From assembly GCF_001194135.2 (NCBI RefSeq), contig NC_068999.1:51904758-51968757 (forward strand): 64,000 bases of DNA. Direction: 5' to 3'. The first letter of the stretch is position 1, and every line of letters begins with the position of its first letter. Source of the stretch: Octopus bimaculoides (lineage: Eukaryota). The notes under the pieces were generated by a model, which was not told the origin of the DNA, did not search any database, and was given only the letters and a program-made list of their open reading frames with translations. The position numbers were made by a program, and so were the translations under genes. Shown one piece after another: positions 39,815-52,870 of the stretch.

Positions 39815-41147
39815 AGGAGCGGCTGTGTGGTAAGTAGCTTGCTTACCAACCACATGGTTCCAGGTTCAATCCCACTGCGTGGTACCTTGCGCAAGTGTCT
39901 TCTACTATAGCCTCGAGCTGACCAAAGCCTTGTGAGTGGATTTGGTAGGCGGAAACTAAAAGAAGTCCGTTCTGTGTGTGTGTGTTATATGTACATGTAG
40001 ATGAAGGTATGTACATACATGTACATATATATGCATATACTCATATATTGTTTGTATCACAACAGAACGCACTCATTGACCTTTATACAGTAAGTTTTAA
40101 CTATCTTTCTAACGTGACTCTCTCTATCTCTATATCTATCTCCCCCTCTCATTCTTCCCTCTACTGTTTTTCGCCTCTACCTGTCACTACTATCTCTCTC
40201 TCTATCTCTTGTTACTCGTCCTTCACCTCTCACCGTTACTACTACTATCTCTCTCTCTCTCTCTACCTCTCGTTGCTCACATTTATTCTACTTCCTCCCC
40301 TTCTTTTCCCTCTGCTACTCTTACTCTCTCTCTTTACACAGCCTTGGTCATGTGTGTCCGGCTGNNNNNNNNNNNNNNNNNNNNNNNNNNNNNNNNNNNN
40401 NNNNNNNNNNNNNNNNNNNNNNNNNNNNNNNNNNNNNNNNNNNNNNNNNNNNNNNNNNNNNNNNNNNNNNNNNNNNNNNNNNNNNNNNNNNNNNNNNNNN
40501 NNNNNNNNNNNNNNNNNNNNNNNNNNNNNNNNNNNNNNNNNNNNNNNNNNNNNNNNNNNNNNNNNNNNNNNNNNNNNNNNNNNNNNNNNNNNNNNNNNNN
40601 NNNNNNNNNNNNNNNNNNNNNNNNNNNNNNNNNNNNNNNNNNNNNNNNNNNNNNNNNNNNNNNNNNNNNNNNTGGGAAGAACCATTTCAACGATGCGTAC
40701 TGCCTTAATTCTTCAAATCCCCGGTGTTTTAATGGTGGCAGCTGATGAAGGAGATGTTTCTATGTGGCTTGCTTGTTTGTTGTACCTTGTTTATCATTTT
40801 GTCCATGTTCTTTTGCCACGTCATGTACCAAGTTATGTATCTATATGTACATGTAGATGAAGGTATGTACATACATGTACATATATATGCATATACTCAT
40901 ATATTGTTTATATATATATATATATGTATGTATATTTGTGTGTGTGTGTTTGTCCCCCACCCCACCCCCAACATCACTTGACAACCGATGCTGGTGTGTT
41001 TATGTCCCTGTCATTTAGCAGTTCGGCAAGAGAGACCGATAGAATAAGTACTAGGCTTACAAAGAATAAGTCCTGGGGTTGATTTGCTCAACTAAAGGCA
41101 ATGCTCCAGCATGGCCGCAGTCAAATGACTGAAACAGATGAAAGAAT
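39815..41147 (+). mobile_element. Young family A SINE split by an insert (5' half 39815-39970; 3' half about 40930-41147)
   Basis: Well-preserved head ggctgtgtggtaagtagcttgcttaccaaccacatggttcc; 3' half acaaccgatgctggtgtgttt...catggccgcagtcaaatgactgaaac. Confidence 0.85.
39986..40909. mobile_element. Insert bounded by identical 68-bp direct repeats; possible non-autonomous Penelope-like element
   Basis: 39986-40053 is identical to 40842-40909; the interior has a CT-rich tract, an N gap (40365-40672) and a CTGATGA motif at 40742-40748. The element class is inferred. Confidence 0.5.
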
Positions 41148-42241
41148 AATTACACTAATCTTTGTTTGCAGTTGACGTTTGAAATAACCCAAAGTGAAGA
41201 ATTTAAACATACTATAGACTCATATACCAAAATAATTCTAAGAAATGTCTGAGATTCTTTGCAGATCTGATTTAATAAATTGAACTTAAAGAGAGTTGCA
41301 TCTATTATACTGGGTGACAAAATGGCAAACAAAATCAATTAACTATATTTGACACACTCTGTTTGGTTAGCAAACAGGTTTCACTCCTACTTTACCTCTT
41401 AAATGAAAGGCAAAAGTAAGAGAGCTTCCATCTGTAAAAGCAAATTACTCTAACTACTTATAGATAAATAAGTTTGAGAAAACCAATGTTTTCATTCCAG
41501 TTTGGTAATTGTGTATAAAACAGGATAATATAGAAAATACTAAGTTAGCAGTCAGTTTTTATTATGTTTGGTTCTGGATTGCACCAGGAAAGTAAAATTT
41601 AATTACAACATAAATATTTGTTTTAAATCCTATGTTTTGCTTAATTTTTAAAATCATTCTACTATAATGCAGCTTTGGATGTAGAAAGTGAAAAGAAAAA
41701 CAGTAAATATACAAAACATCAAGTCACTGAAATAATTATGTGCACATTTAGCTATATTTACATTTCATATCGTGTATATAATCACTTATGTAAATACACA
41801 TTACGCATCTAGAAATTTTAACAGAAATTGACTTACGACTTGGGTTGTATTAAAAAGAAAAAATGTTTACACATCCCCCATAATTTCAAGATAAATTTGC
41901 ATGCAAGAGTGTGTGTGTGTACACATATACACTCATGCACAAAATTATAGTTGGATGTAGAATTTAGGATTTATATTTGTTTTCAAATTTAATGACAGTC
42001 TAACCAAGTTTTTAGAATAAGTACACCGTCTCCCTGTATGTAATGTGACTTGATTAAAAGTGTTGGCATTAAAACAGTGCCTCGAAAATATCACCAGAAG
42101 GAGCATGTATAGCAAGAAACTGTATGGCATAAATCATCAATTTCAAATGTATTGATATGTGTGTGCATGTGTATGTGTGTGTATATATATATGTGTGTGT
42201 GTGTGTATACATACACATGCGCACACATATTTATATATTTG

Positions 42242-42286
<45 letters not shown>

Positions 42287-42830
42287 ATAAAAATAACTAT
42301 ATAATAATATATATACTCCAATTTAAAGTGACATTTATCTAAACAATATATTATATTATATTANNNNNNNNNNNNNNNNNNNNNNNNNNNNNNNNNNNNN
42401 NNNNNNNNNNNNNNNNNNNNNNNNNNNNNNNNNNNNNNNNNNNNNNNNNNNNNNNNNNNNNNNNNNNNNNNNNNNNNNNNNNNNNNNNNNNNNNNNNNNN
42501 NNNNNNNNNNNNNNNNNNNNNNNNNNNNNNNNNNNNNNNNNNNNNNNNNNNNNNNNNNNNNNNNNNNNNNNNNNNNNNNNNNNNNNNNNNNNNNNNNNNN
42601 NNNNNNNNNNNNNNNNNNNNNNNNNNNNNNNNNNNNNNNNNNNNNNNNNNNNNNNNNNNNNNNNNNNNNNNNNNNNNNNNNNNNNNNNNNNNNNNNNNNN
42701 NNNNNNNNNNNNNNNNNNNNNNNNNNNNNNNNNNNNNNNNNNNNNNNNNNNNNNNNNNNNNNNNNNNNNNNNNNNNNNNNNNNNNNNNNNNNNNNNNNNN
42801 NNNNNNNNNNNNNNNNNNNNNNNNNNNNNT

Positions 42831-43201
42831 TTTTAGTTGGAGTTATGAACTCTTTTTCAACACGTACTTCCTGTTTTGACACCACACTTCCTGCTTAACA
42901 CAAACTTTTAACCCTTTTTTTAACCTAACACAACTCTTAATTCTCATGCATCCTTATTTTTCCAACCATTATATACAAGAACTACCATTGAATTTCAAAA
43001 GCTCAAAGACAATATAATGTATTGGTATATTTATTTTTTTATATACTATCTTTTTTATATATTATTTTCTTCATTTTGTACTTCTTTGTAAAAAGCATTT
43101 TCATTCTCCTTCTTGAAAATTTGCTTCGCAACGAAAGCCGGTTAGAAATCTTTATTAAACTATGCTTCCAGTTTAGCACTCTGCCTTATTCTTCATTTTC
43201 C
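42831..43201. mobile_element. Foldback (long inverted-repeat) element copy 1: loop and right arm; left arm probably in gap 42364-42830
   Basis: Aligns directly with 53432-53708; its distal part 43105-43201 is the reverse complement of 52869-52971; ends cattttcc|ta. Confidence 0.75.
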
Positions 43202-44047
43202 TATTATTTCTCCACGTGCGGTTAATACAACCCCACTATTTACTGACTTATATATATATATATATCAGATCTAAGAATTTTAACTCACTAGTGAACTCTA
43301 GATCTGAAATGTTCATCGGTTGTAAGCATATACCTAAGTTCCTGTTGAAGAATTGGGAAGTGCTTCCCCTACCAGATTGAATAACTGTACCATAGGATCA
43401 AAGACACTATCTCTTCAGCCTTATAATTAACTGTCTAAAAAAAATAACTCTTATTCCCCTTTTGCTTCTTTCTGATTTCTTTTTCGTTTTCCAGTTTTCC
43501 AGCCTTCTACTTTTTATATATATTTACACTATATGTGTGTGTGTATTGAAAATACATCCATCTCACCAGAAATGAGGTCCTAAAAGCATATCATTCATAC
43601 CTATATCCTGCCACCCAATCTGTACCTGTCAAGCCTTCCCCACAACTCATCTTTGTAACATCCATACCTCTTTCATCCTTCTAACTAAGACTCTATTTCC
43701 TCAACTGTTGTAATTATATGAGAGCAGAAATACACACATTCCATCCCCTTCTTTTCCGCTACCAGTTATCCCTCTCCTTAGAACCAATTTCCTTGTCACT
43801 CAATCCGCATCATCCCTTATATACTTTTTTTCTTTTGTGGTGGTGGTTCAAGAATTACAAGGAACTCTATGTAGGGATGGGCTCAATTATCAGCTTTTAC
43901 TGAATAATTAACTTGCTACATGTGCTGAATACCTTGTTGTGTTTGTACTTCCAAACACAAATATATTTATTTTTTTTACTTATAGCCATATAGATATACA
44001 CATATAGATTCTTTTTACATATTTTACATAACTATTTTCCATTTCAG

Positions 44048-44101
44048 GCCACAATTGGAATAGATTTCCTATCCAAAACGATGTACCTAGAGGACAGAAC
44101 T
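44048..44101 (+). CDS. RAB6: Rab6 coding exon 3: [18 protein letters not shown] (switch I/effector region)
   Basis: Acceptor ttttccatttcag ends at 44047; 54 nt, phase 0-0; donor gtaagt at 44102. The peptide is the Rab6 effector loop. Confidence 0.97.
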
Positions 44102-45029
44102 GTAAGTTAACATTTTAATCCAACCATAACTCTTAACACATCAATTTTTTCATATTTTATCTAAAATGTCATTTATTATAGTTTAAATACTTGTTGCTAC
44201 CATGGAAATTTTCTATTCCAGCCATTCTTAGACAAGATAAATTGATATTTTAAATCATTAAAACTTTTTAATTTTTTTTCCTTTGCTTTATGTGTTAATA
44301 TAATTTTTTTAACTTCTTTATATTAGAAAATTTACATTTAGCACTATTAGTTTCATTTAGCTTTTATTTTATTTTTTTCTTTAATTGACGTAAGATTCTT
44401 TTTTTAGTTAATGGCTGGTTGTTTTAATACTTATCTTTATACTTTTAATTAATATTGATTGATTTTAGAGAAAATACATTTTGTAGTTCATGTTCAGATG
44501 GTATCAGAACACTTAGCATCTTCCATGAAGATGTTTATTGTATACATTTAAAATATGATGTTATATGAATTCTGTCTACAGTGTCCCTTTGTTATTTACA
44601 ACAGCAGCGAGTTGGTTGTAATAGGTCTCTGCCAAACTAATTTATTCGCAGATTTACGTGTTTCTATGTTCTTAGTTCAAATCTCATTAGGTGTGAGTTC
44701 ACTTTCTTTCCATCCTGGTTTTGGTGGATCAGTTCAACCTACCTTCCTTACAAAGTTTTGCTTTGTACGCAGCCAAAAGAAATCATTTTGCATGATTGAT
44801 GTATATTGGTCAAAAGCAACTATACATTGTATTTAAAACTATGAGGCACTATTGTGAAGGGAAAATGCAAATGACAATTATGTTAGTTCAATAATGTTGT
44901 AAGAATGAATAGAAATAAAAGCAGTCTGTAAAATATAACTAATCATTTGGAGTAAATTAGAATTAAAAGTAAATGCATAATGATTAGTGGGGATGAATGC
45001 AGTGATGAGAAGAAAAAAAATCAATGATA

Positions 45030-45345
45030 TAGATGCAGATGTGTGGTCAAGAGGTTCACTTTGCAACCATGCAATTTTAGGCTCAGTCCCACTGCATGGT
45101 ACCTTGAGCAAGTGTCTTCTACTATGGCCTTGAACCAACCAATGCCCTCTAAATGAGTTTGACAGAAATTGTGTGGAAGTTCATTGTTTATGTTCCCATA
45201 ACTTAGTAGTTCAGAAAATGACACTGATTGAATAAGACCATTCTTTAAAAAAATAAGTACTGGGATTGGTTTGTTTGTCTAAACTCTTCAAGGAGATACC
45301 CCAGCATGGCTCTGGTCCAATGTCTGAAACAAAAGATAAAAAGAC
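45030..45345 (+). mobile_element. Family A SINE (internally deleted)
   Basis: ctcagtcccactgcatggtaccttgagcaagtgtcttctactatggcc...ccccagcatggc...tctgaaacaaaag. Confidence 0.75.
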
Positions 45346-45544
45346 AGCACACACTTGGTCTTCGTATAATGTGTTCTAAAATTGTTTCAATATTGTTGTG
45401 TTCTTGGACAAAACACTTTACAATTTACTTCCTTCAATTCAAATGAAAAATACAGGTTTTTCTTTAGGCATAAATGTCTTAAATTTTTAGAAGGCATAGG
45501 CATTCAGTTTTTTTTGTTGTTTTTTTTTTTGTACTATTGTTGAC

Positions 45545-45790
45545 TAATGCAGAGTAAGTTTTGCTGGCCATAGCTATCATGCTAAACAACAAGCCATATC
45601 AGATGTAATGTTGTTGGGACTTGTAATTCCTAATAGAGAATAAAGACCATTCAACTACATTGATGTTATTGGCAGACACAAACAGTGTCAAATTGAGGAC
45701 TCCCAAAGCTATTGGAAAATCAGAAATTCCTGGAATGACATTGTAAAGCACATCTGATTTGCAACTGCATAAAGAAGATAGCTAATTATG
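45545..45790 (+). mobile_element. RTEX-like LINE 3' remnant
   Basis: Reads RVSFAGHSYHAKQQAISDVMLLGLVIPNRE*RPFNYIDVIG (RFAGHC-type thumb motif). Confidence 0.75.
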
Positions 45791-47984
45791 TTCACCTCAG
45801 TGCTTGAGCAGGACATATTTTATTGATCCCAGAAAGATAGGAAGTAATGTTGATCTTGCAGTATATGTAATGGGGTTTAGCCAAATCCTGTAAAGCATTT
45901 GTCTGTTGCTTTATCAGTTGTAGTTAATAACAGAGCTATTCATAGTAATTGTAAAGGGCAACCAATAGTAAAACACACATGTCCCAAACAGCACAAAACA
46001 GTAGAGGTGTCCTATCTTCACATAGAAGTATTAAAATTGGTTGAACACAATTCCATATTAATGAATATAAAATTAGTATCTTCATATAAAACGTCACAGT
46101 GGTAAAGGTGAAGAAAATAAGATATTATCATCATTTTCTGTTTGTTGTTCCATGCTGACGTGAGTTTGATGGATCTCACAGCATCTTCTCATCTGACATC
46201 CACAGCAACAATGGGAACTGGCCATTCTTATTATTGTACGTCTTACAGTGTGCACTGATGTGCATTTTGTCACTAGCACCAGATTAAAGAATTCTCTCTA
46301 TTCTTTGTCAGTTCTTATTAGAAATCATTGCCCTCCTGTACAATATTTTTTAATATCCTTTCTTTAGCTGGAGGCTCTTTCTATTACAACCGCTTTGTAG
46401 TGTATGCTGAATTTTCACGTGTCCTCTACCTTATATTAATTTTTATTTGGGCTTATGCCCTTTTAGGTTGGCAGCTCATGATGCAGCTTTGAAACATCTC
46501 CTTTTCTTCTTTATCAGCTGTGAAGTCATATTTCCGTAATTTAGGAAAGGATAACTTCACAGGCTATTGTTTCTTAGTTTTGTTTTTTGAAGGCTTTTCT
46601 CCTCCTCTTGTGCAAGCCAGTGATCACTGCTTTGTCCCAATTATATTTAATAAACTAGTGAATATTGTTTTGTCCAGTGAGTAGTAGTTATTTTGTTGCA
46701 CAAAAAACTTAGTTAAGTATTATTTAATAAACATAAAACTCATTGAATTTATCAAATAGGTTTATAGTATAGGATTTTAGCACCTATTTTGCTTGTCACT
46801 TGTAAGTGAAGCAATGCTGATGTTGACATTCCAACCTGTCTCTTTGCTCTTTTGAAGATCTGTGCTATATAAAAACACTTTACAAGAGAAGCAGATGAGA
46901 TCTGTTGACAAGACTGACATACAGCAGTAAATTCTGGCTTCAAATAATTATTTGCCTGCCCCTTGCTAGCATGAAAAAACGCATTAAATGAACAAGCAAA
47001 TTCCTGTTTCATATCTTTATAAGATTTTGATGTTCTTTCTCCATGGAATCAGCTTCATATCCATGCTGAGGAAGATACTTAGTGTTTCTGTAAATATCTG
47101 TTTATGAAGACAGTCATGTTTCTAAAGATATTCTGTTGTTTCTATATGTGAAAAGATCATCTTGTAGTTTGTATCATAACAGATCAAGAAGCAATTGATT
47201 TTCTCCACATGTTATTTAGACTTGTGAAAGAAAAGCTATTAATATGGAAGGCTTTCAAATCTGCTCGTTACAGATCACAAGGTAGTGCTGAAATACACCA
47301 GCCAGACTGTTAGAAATCATTAACTTTATCTGTGTTTCTAATAATACTGAAATAATATTTCATCCCTTTTGTAATAATAAAATACTTAATCTGTGATGTG
47401 GAACTAATTTGAGTCTGAGACAACCATTTGGAGAAGAGAAATCATGTCGTATCAGAGCAATCGCTTAACTGACAAGCAAATATTTTTATAGAAGAGGTAC
47501 TTTTTGAAAATAAACTTGTCTTTCCTTTCCCTTTGGGGATTTGATAGTCAGAAGAGTATCCACCTTTAAAATTTTATTGCTTTTATAAAATCCATGAATG
47601 AGACAAGTGGTGAAAGAAGAAATTAAATGGAGGAAGTCAAAATGGAATAAAGTTATTTTACTAGCTACAGCTCAAAGTTCTTAATACACTGTGTGTTGTT
47701 AGGACTGTAAATCATTTGTTGATGTTGTTGGATCAGCTTGTCTGAAGTCTATAAAAACTATAAAACAAAAGCTTCTTTTTCTTTATGGATGTGCTTTTTT
47801 TTATTTTGTACTGGATTATGTTATATTATTTCTTACATTATTAAGAATACAGAGAATTATACTTTATTGGTGAACCTGCTAGTATTGTAATTGTCATTAT
47901 TTCAATATAGGCCCAGTTGGTTTCTTTTCGCTAGAGCTGGCTGGTCTCTTACCTCCACCATTCAGGCACCCTCAAGCCACTCAA

Positions 47985-48150
47985 CTGGTGTTGGTGTGTT
48001 TATGTCCTTGTAACTTAGAAGTTTGACAAAAGAGACCAACAAAATAAGTACTCGGCTTTAAAAAAAAAGTACTGTCAGATCGTTCAACTAAAATTCTTCG
48101 AGGTGTGGCTCCAGAATGGCCACAGTCTAATGACTGACACATGTAAGAAA
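47985..48150 (+). mobile_element. Family A SINE 3' half
   Basis: caactggtgttggtgtgtttatgtccttgtaacttag...ctccagaatggccacagtctaatgactgac. Confidence 0.75.
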
Positions 48151-48299
48151 TAAATAGAAAGATACATATATATGTATATGTATGAATCTTAAACAGTATA
48201 GAATATATCAAAATAGGAGCAACACATAAGTGGTCTACATTTTGACCAATAAGAAAAGAGTAATGTTCAATACTACTTGCCATTAGCTAAACATATGCA

Positions 48300-48343
<44 letters not shown>

Positions 48344-49299
48344 TCAAGAGCAAATGATGCAAAATCAGTTAAGAAAAGTTTCTTTTTAAGTATTAAGATT
48401 AAATAATCGTCAATATGGAAACTCATAAATCAATAGCTCCATTGATTTATAAATTTATTTATTTATTCATTTTATAATTTTTATTTTTTAACTTTTCTAG
48501 GAGGAGATGTTGTTGCTTTCTCTCTAGAATGTACATTTTATCCCCTGTCGGATTTCATCGTAAACCAGTCTGAGCAAGGCATAAGAAAAAAATAAAAATC
48601 AATATAATCAGGATTTGTATTATTAGATGAAGATTATATATGACGATGAGAGATTTTAGATTGTTTCGGAAACATGTCTTCATACACACACACACACATG
48701 CACGTGTGCGTGCACATACGCACACACCATCATCATCATCTTTGTCATTTTAACATCCACTTTTCCATGCTTCTATGGCTCAGACAGAACTCATTCAGGA
48801 GATTTTATTCAGTCATATGCTTTTCCTCTCACCAACCCTCACTTGTTTCCAAGCAAGAAAGTGTTTGCCTTTGGCTGGACATGTTTTCACAAAAGATTGG
48901 AAAAGAGGGTCGCCACTTGTATGATGGTGATGCTCATTTATTTTATAATTCTCTTACAATGCCAGTTTAAGGAAAACACACACACATATATATCAAACAG
49001 ACATATGTATGTCCATTCCCTTGAACATCTCTCTTCAGCAATATATATATATATTTTGATATATATATATATATATATATATTCATCTGCATACAACTAG
49101 ATGATGCTAAAGAATCCCAATAGTTTCTGTGGTGATAGTTCATGCGAAGGTGTGGCTGAAATCTAGTAGTTCTTGTGTCACTCATTGGACTGTGGCCATG
49201 CTGGGGCTCCATCTTGAAGGGTTTAGTCAAACAAATCTACACAAGCACTTATTAATTTTAGGGTCTGATACTTATTCTAGAAGTTGCAAACTTTAAAAC

Positions 49300-49520
49300 G
49301 ATGCATGTCCTAGTGGTTAGGGTGTTGCACTCATGATCACGAGATCATGGTTTCCATTCCTAGAACAGGTAGTGTGTTGTGTTCTTGAGCAAAACATTTC
49401 ATCTCACATTACTGTGATGTGTGGTACACCATGCACCTGTTCAGGCAACATTGATTTCATGGAGAGTGTGAACTAATGTGCATGGCGCTGAACACTCATA
49501 TGTCGTCTTCGACAGGGAAG
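49300..49520 (+). mobile_element. Family C SINE
   Basis: tagtggttagggtgttgcactcatgatcacgagatcatggtttccattcc...gttcttgagcaaaacatttcatc. Confidence 0.7.
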
Positions 49521-51039
49521 TCCATCACTTATTCTATAAACACAAGGACATACAACATCTACATATATATATGCACACACACCTGATGGGCTTTCACATA
49601 GGTTTATTTTTACCAGATTCACTCACAAGGCATTCGTCAACCCCAGACTATAGTAGAGAGCCACTTGCCCAGGGTGCCACGTCTTAACTACACAGTCATG
49701 CCTGCACCTACAAGACGTGTAGAAAATGTATATCTCATAAGATTTTTCTTGTAGAGTTTCTTGTTTATGGAAATGTTGTCATCACATTTGAGTAACAATG
49801 TCCACTCAAACACTGCATCTACATTACATCATTCCTTGTATTTGGATCAGGGTACATGTAGTAATGTCTTTATAGTGAGTAAACTTATCTAAAATATAGG
49901 AACCAAAATATCTAGTGCCTGTTTTGAAGGAAGTTCCTTGTGAAAGATTTGCCTTCTTTCTACTTGTTTAGAACTACACAGAAACTGGTTTATTTAGCTT
50001 TTACCTGTTCATAAGAACTGAATGTAAAATTTTAATAATGTATTTTTAGAAAAATATTCCTAAAACTATATAAATAAAAGTGGGGCTTCTGTCTTCATAT
50101 CTATTTTATAATTAAACTTGTTCATCTTCCTCTTTTTAAGAAATCACTATTTTCACAAGAATATGAAAGCATACTTTGAAGACCATTTTTTTTTTTTTCA
50201 TCTTCTTTCCCTTATTGCCTTAATTGATTGTCAGATATTTTCAGCTAAACATGAATTCAGTCATGTATAATTTTTATCATACATAGTGCAGATCATTTTT
50301 AAGTAATAAAGAATTTAAATAAAATTTTAATATTGATTTAGTATAGAATTAAAAATTATTTCAAAATGTTTTTGTAGAACCTGTTATTATTTTATTTAAT
50401 TTAAATATCGCTTCAATTGCTGCTGGCTGTTTTCAAATGGAACTAATGTCATGTTCCAGTGCGTTATTAAAGGAATCCCCTATCATATATATTCTTTGGT
50501 AATTGATTGTTTTTCGGTATCTGCTGGTTGCCAAGGAAACAATGCATAATGGCACATTAGTTCCTATTTTGAAACAATACATATGTATCCCGTTAGCATT
50601 TTAATGGCATCTGAAATGGTTAAGTTTTAAATGAATTAATATAAATTCGTTTTTAAGAGAGATAGTCCAAATATTATTTATTATGATATTTAAAAATTAT
50701 TTACAATATTTTGTGTTGAAAAATTTTTTTTTTGGCAAGCACAGTTTTATCTGGTCAGAGTGACCTCAGTTGATATAACCAATAGTTGCAAAACACTCTT
50801 TTGGCAGCAGGAAATATTTCATGCCCTACCTCATCATAATCAAATTAAAGCAAAGTATGAGAGTAAAAGGAAAACACCATGTAATGTTACATTGATAACT
50901 TTATACTTGTTTCCATGCAAAACTGATTTATTCATTCATTAGTTTTAATACTACTTGACATTTTCCATCTTAGTTAATTCGCTGCACTCTTCAAGCAATA
51001 TCTTCTTCAAACTGTCACAGCCAAGATGCATTCCACTAT

Positions 51040-51570
51040 ATCTTTCCAGGAATCTTCATTAGCTTTGACAGGTCCTCACTTTCATGTTGTGTATCTCTGC
51101 CAGTAACACTATGTAGTTGCGTGGTCTTCTTGTAGGTTGTAGAAGCCTCCAAAATATAACGTCCGATATGGCCTGTTGCTCAGCACAGTAGCAGTGGCCT
51201 GCAAGGCCTGTCCTGTATTGAGCAACAATAATACAGATGGGTGGAATGTGTCATGTGAACATGAAATATTTTTGTTCCTTCATGAGTTGCCTATGGTACA
51301 TACTATCAAGGTGATCTTGATGCTTTCTTAGTCCAGCTTTTGGTTCTTTGAATATAATGCAGACCACAGCTTGAGAACTACTTGGAGCAGTTTAGCTTTT
51401 AACTAGCTACCCTTGTAATTATTTCACAAATCCTCTGAGGATTTGAAAGTGCAACCAAATGAGTCACCTCAATCAGCTCCAGCTGTAAGATGCAATACTG
51501 ATAGTGGACCAGTATTTTAAATCATAGTCACAAGATAACTGGTTGTTAGTGGTATTATGGTTATCTTGCA
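51040..51570 (-). mobile_element. RTEX-like LINE remnant (same family as 45545, opposite orientation)
   Basis: The reverse frame reads LRKHQDHLDSMYHRQLM...HIPPICIIVAQYRTGLAGHCYCAEQQAISDVIFWRLLQPTRRPRNYI. Confidence 0.75.
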
Positions 51571-51974
51571 AGAGAGACAGCTACATTGTCATAGGCATAC
51601 ACGGATGGGGATGTTTAGTAATACAGAAACACAAGACGGGTTGATGACAGACCCATTTCAAGCTCAGTGACATTTGATCTGAGAGATTGGTGGTAAACAC
51701 AAACTTATGAAATCGTTTCTGCAGCCTTATCTCTACCTATTCCAGAAAAAACAAAATTTGAACAAGTAGTAATAATAATTTTACCAACTACTTCAAATTA
51801 GATAGATTTACAAATCTGACATGATTTTGTTTCACCTTTTCTGATTTACAATTACAAACCTACATCTGTTGCCAAGCAATGGGGAGGATTATCGCAAAGA
51901 CACATGCACAGATATATATATGCATACATACAAACATATGCATACATACAATCATGTGCACTCATTCACACACA

Positions 51975-52120
51975 CACAATAGGCTCCATACAGTTTCCCT
52001 CTACCAAGTTCACTTAGCATTTTGTCAACCAGGAGCTATAGTAAAAGATATTTGCCCAAGGTACCATGCAGTGGGACTGAATCCAAAACCACGCAGTTGC
52101 AAAGCCCACCTCTAGTCACA
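51975..52120 (-). mobile_element. Family A SINE head
   Basis: gctatagtaaaagatatttgcccaaggtaccatgcagtgggactgaatcc. Confidence 0.75.
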
Positions 52121-52830
52121 TAGCCATTAATTATCTGATTTCTCTGCAGTTTGCCACAGTTAATGCATATCTGTGTTAACCCCACCAACCCCACCTGCAA
52201 CAAATTGTCCAAAAAATTATCAGCCATGTCAAAGGCATAAAAGAAATAGTTATAGCCAGTACTGACATTTTGGACTTTTTTCTTTTTTCTTTTTTTGCAA
52301 ACAAGGTTTTGAACTGTCTTATATGTCTTCACAACTACATGACTCAAAAAAGAAAAAAGAACAGATTTTAAATTATCTTAACACTATTTTGCCCTCTAAA
52401 CTAGTAACCATTTCAACTGAAATTTAGATCTGTTCTCACCTTTATAATGGCTGTTAATGTTACGCTTGTATATGTTTGAATTATTTAACAGAATCACTTT
52501 GTATCTATACCTTACAAACAGATAAACTTAGATAAAAAATCTTTTACTTTTCATATTTCTCTCTTTCATTTACTCTCCATACTGTCTTTCCACAATAATT
52601 TCTCCCCTCCTATCCAGTCCCTTCCTCATCTTTCTTTTTCTTTCTTTTTTTTTTTTTCACTTCTCCCTTTCCTCTACCCTCTATATGTCTTGTTCCTCTT
52701 CTCATTATCACTTCTTTTTCCTCTTTTTGTGTATATCCCTGTCTAATCTCCATCTTTCTACATTCATTCCTTCCTACCTACTTACCTACCTATCTATCTA
52801 TCTCTGTTTGTATATGCATATGTGTTTGTG

Positions 52831-52868
<38 letters not shown>

Positions 52869-52870
<2 letters not shown>

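Noticed and set aside
43265-43307. Short inverted repeat tcagatcta/tagatctga around tcactagtga
   Set aside because: A 9-bp stem is expected by chance in 64 kb of AT-rich DNA.
48470-48580. Acceptor-like ttttttaacttttctag followed by GAGGAGATG, a possible poison exon
   Set aside because: No convincing GT donor downstream; similar T-rich acceptor-like sites are common in this window.
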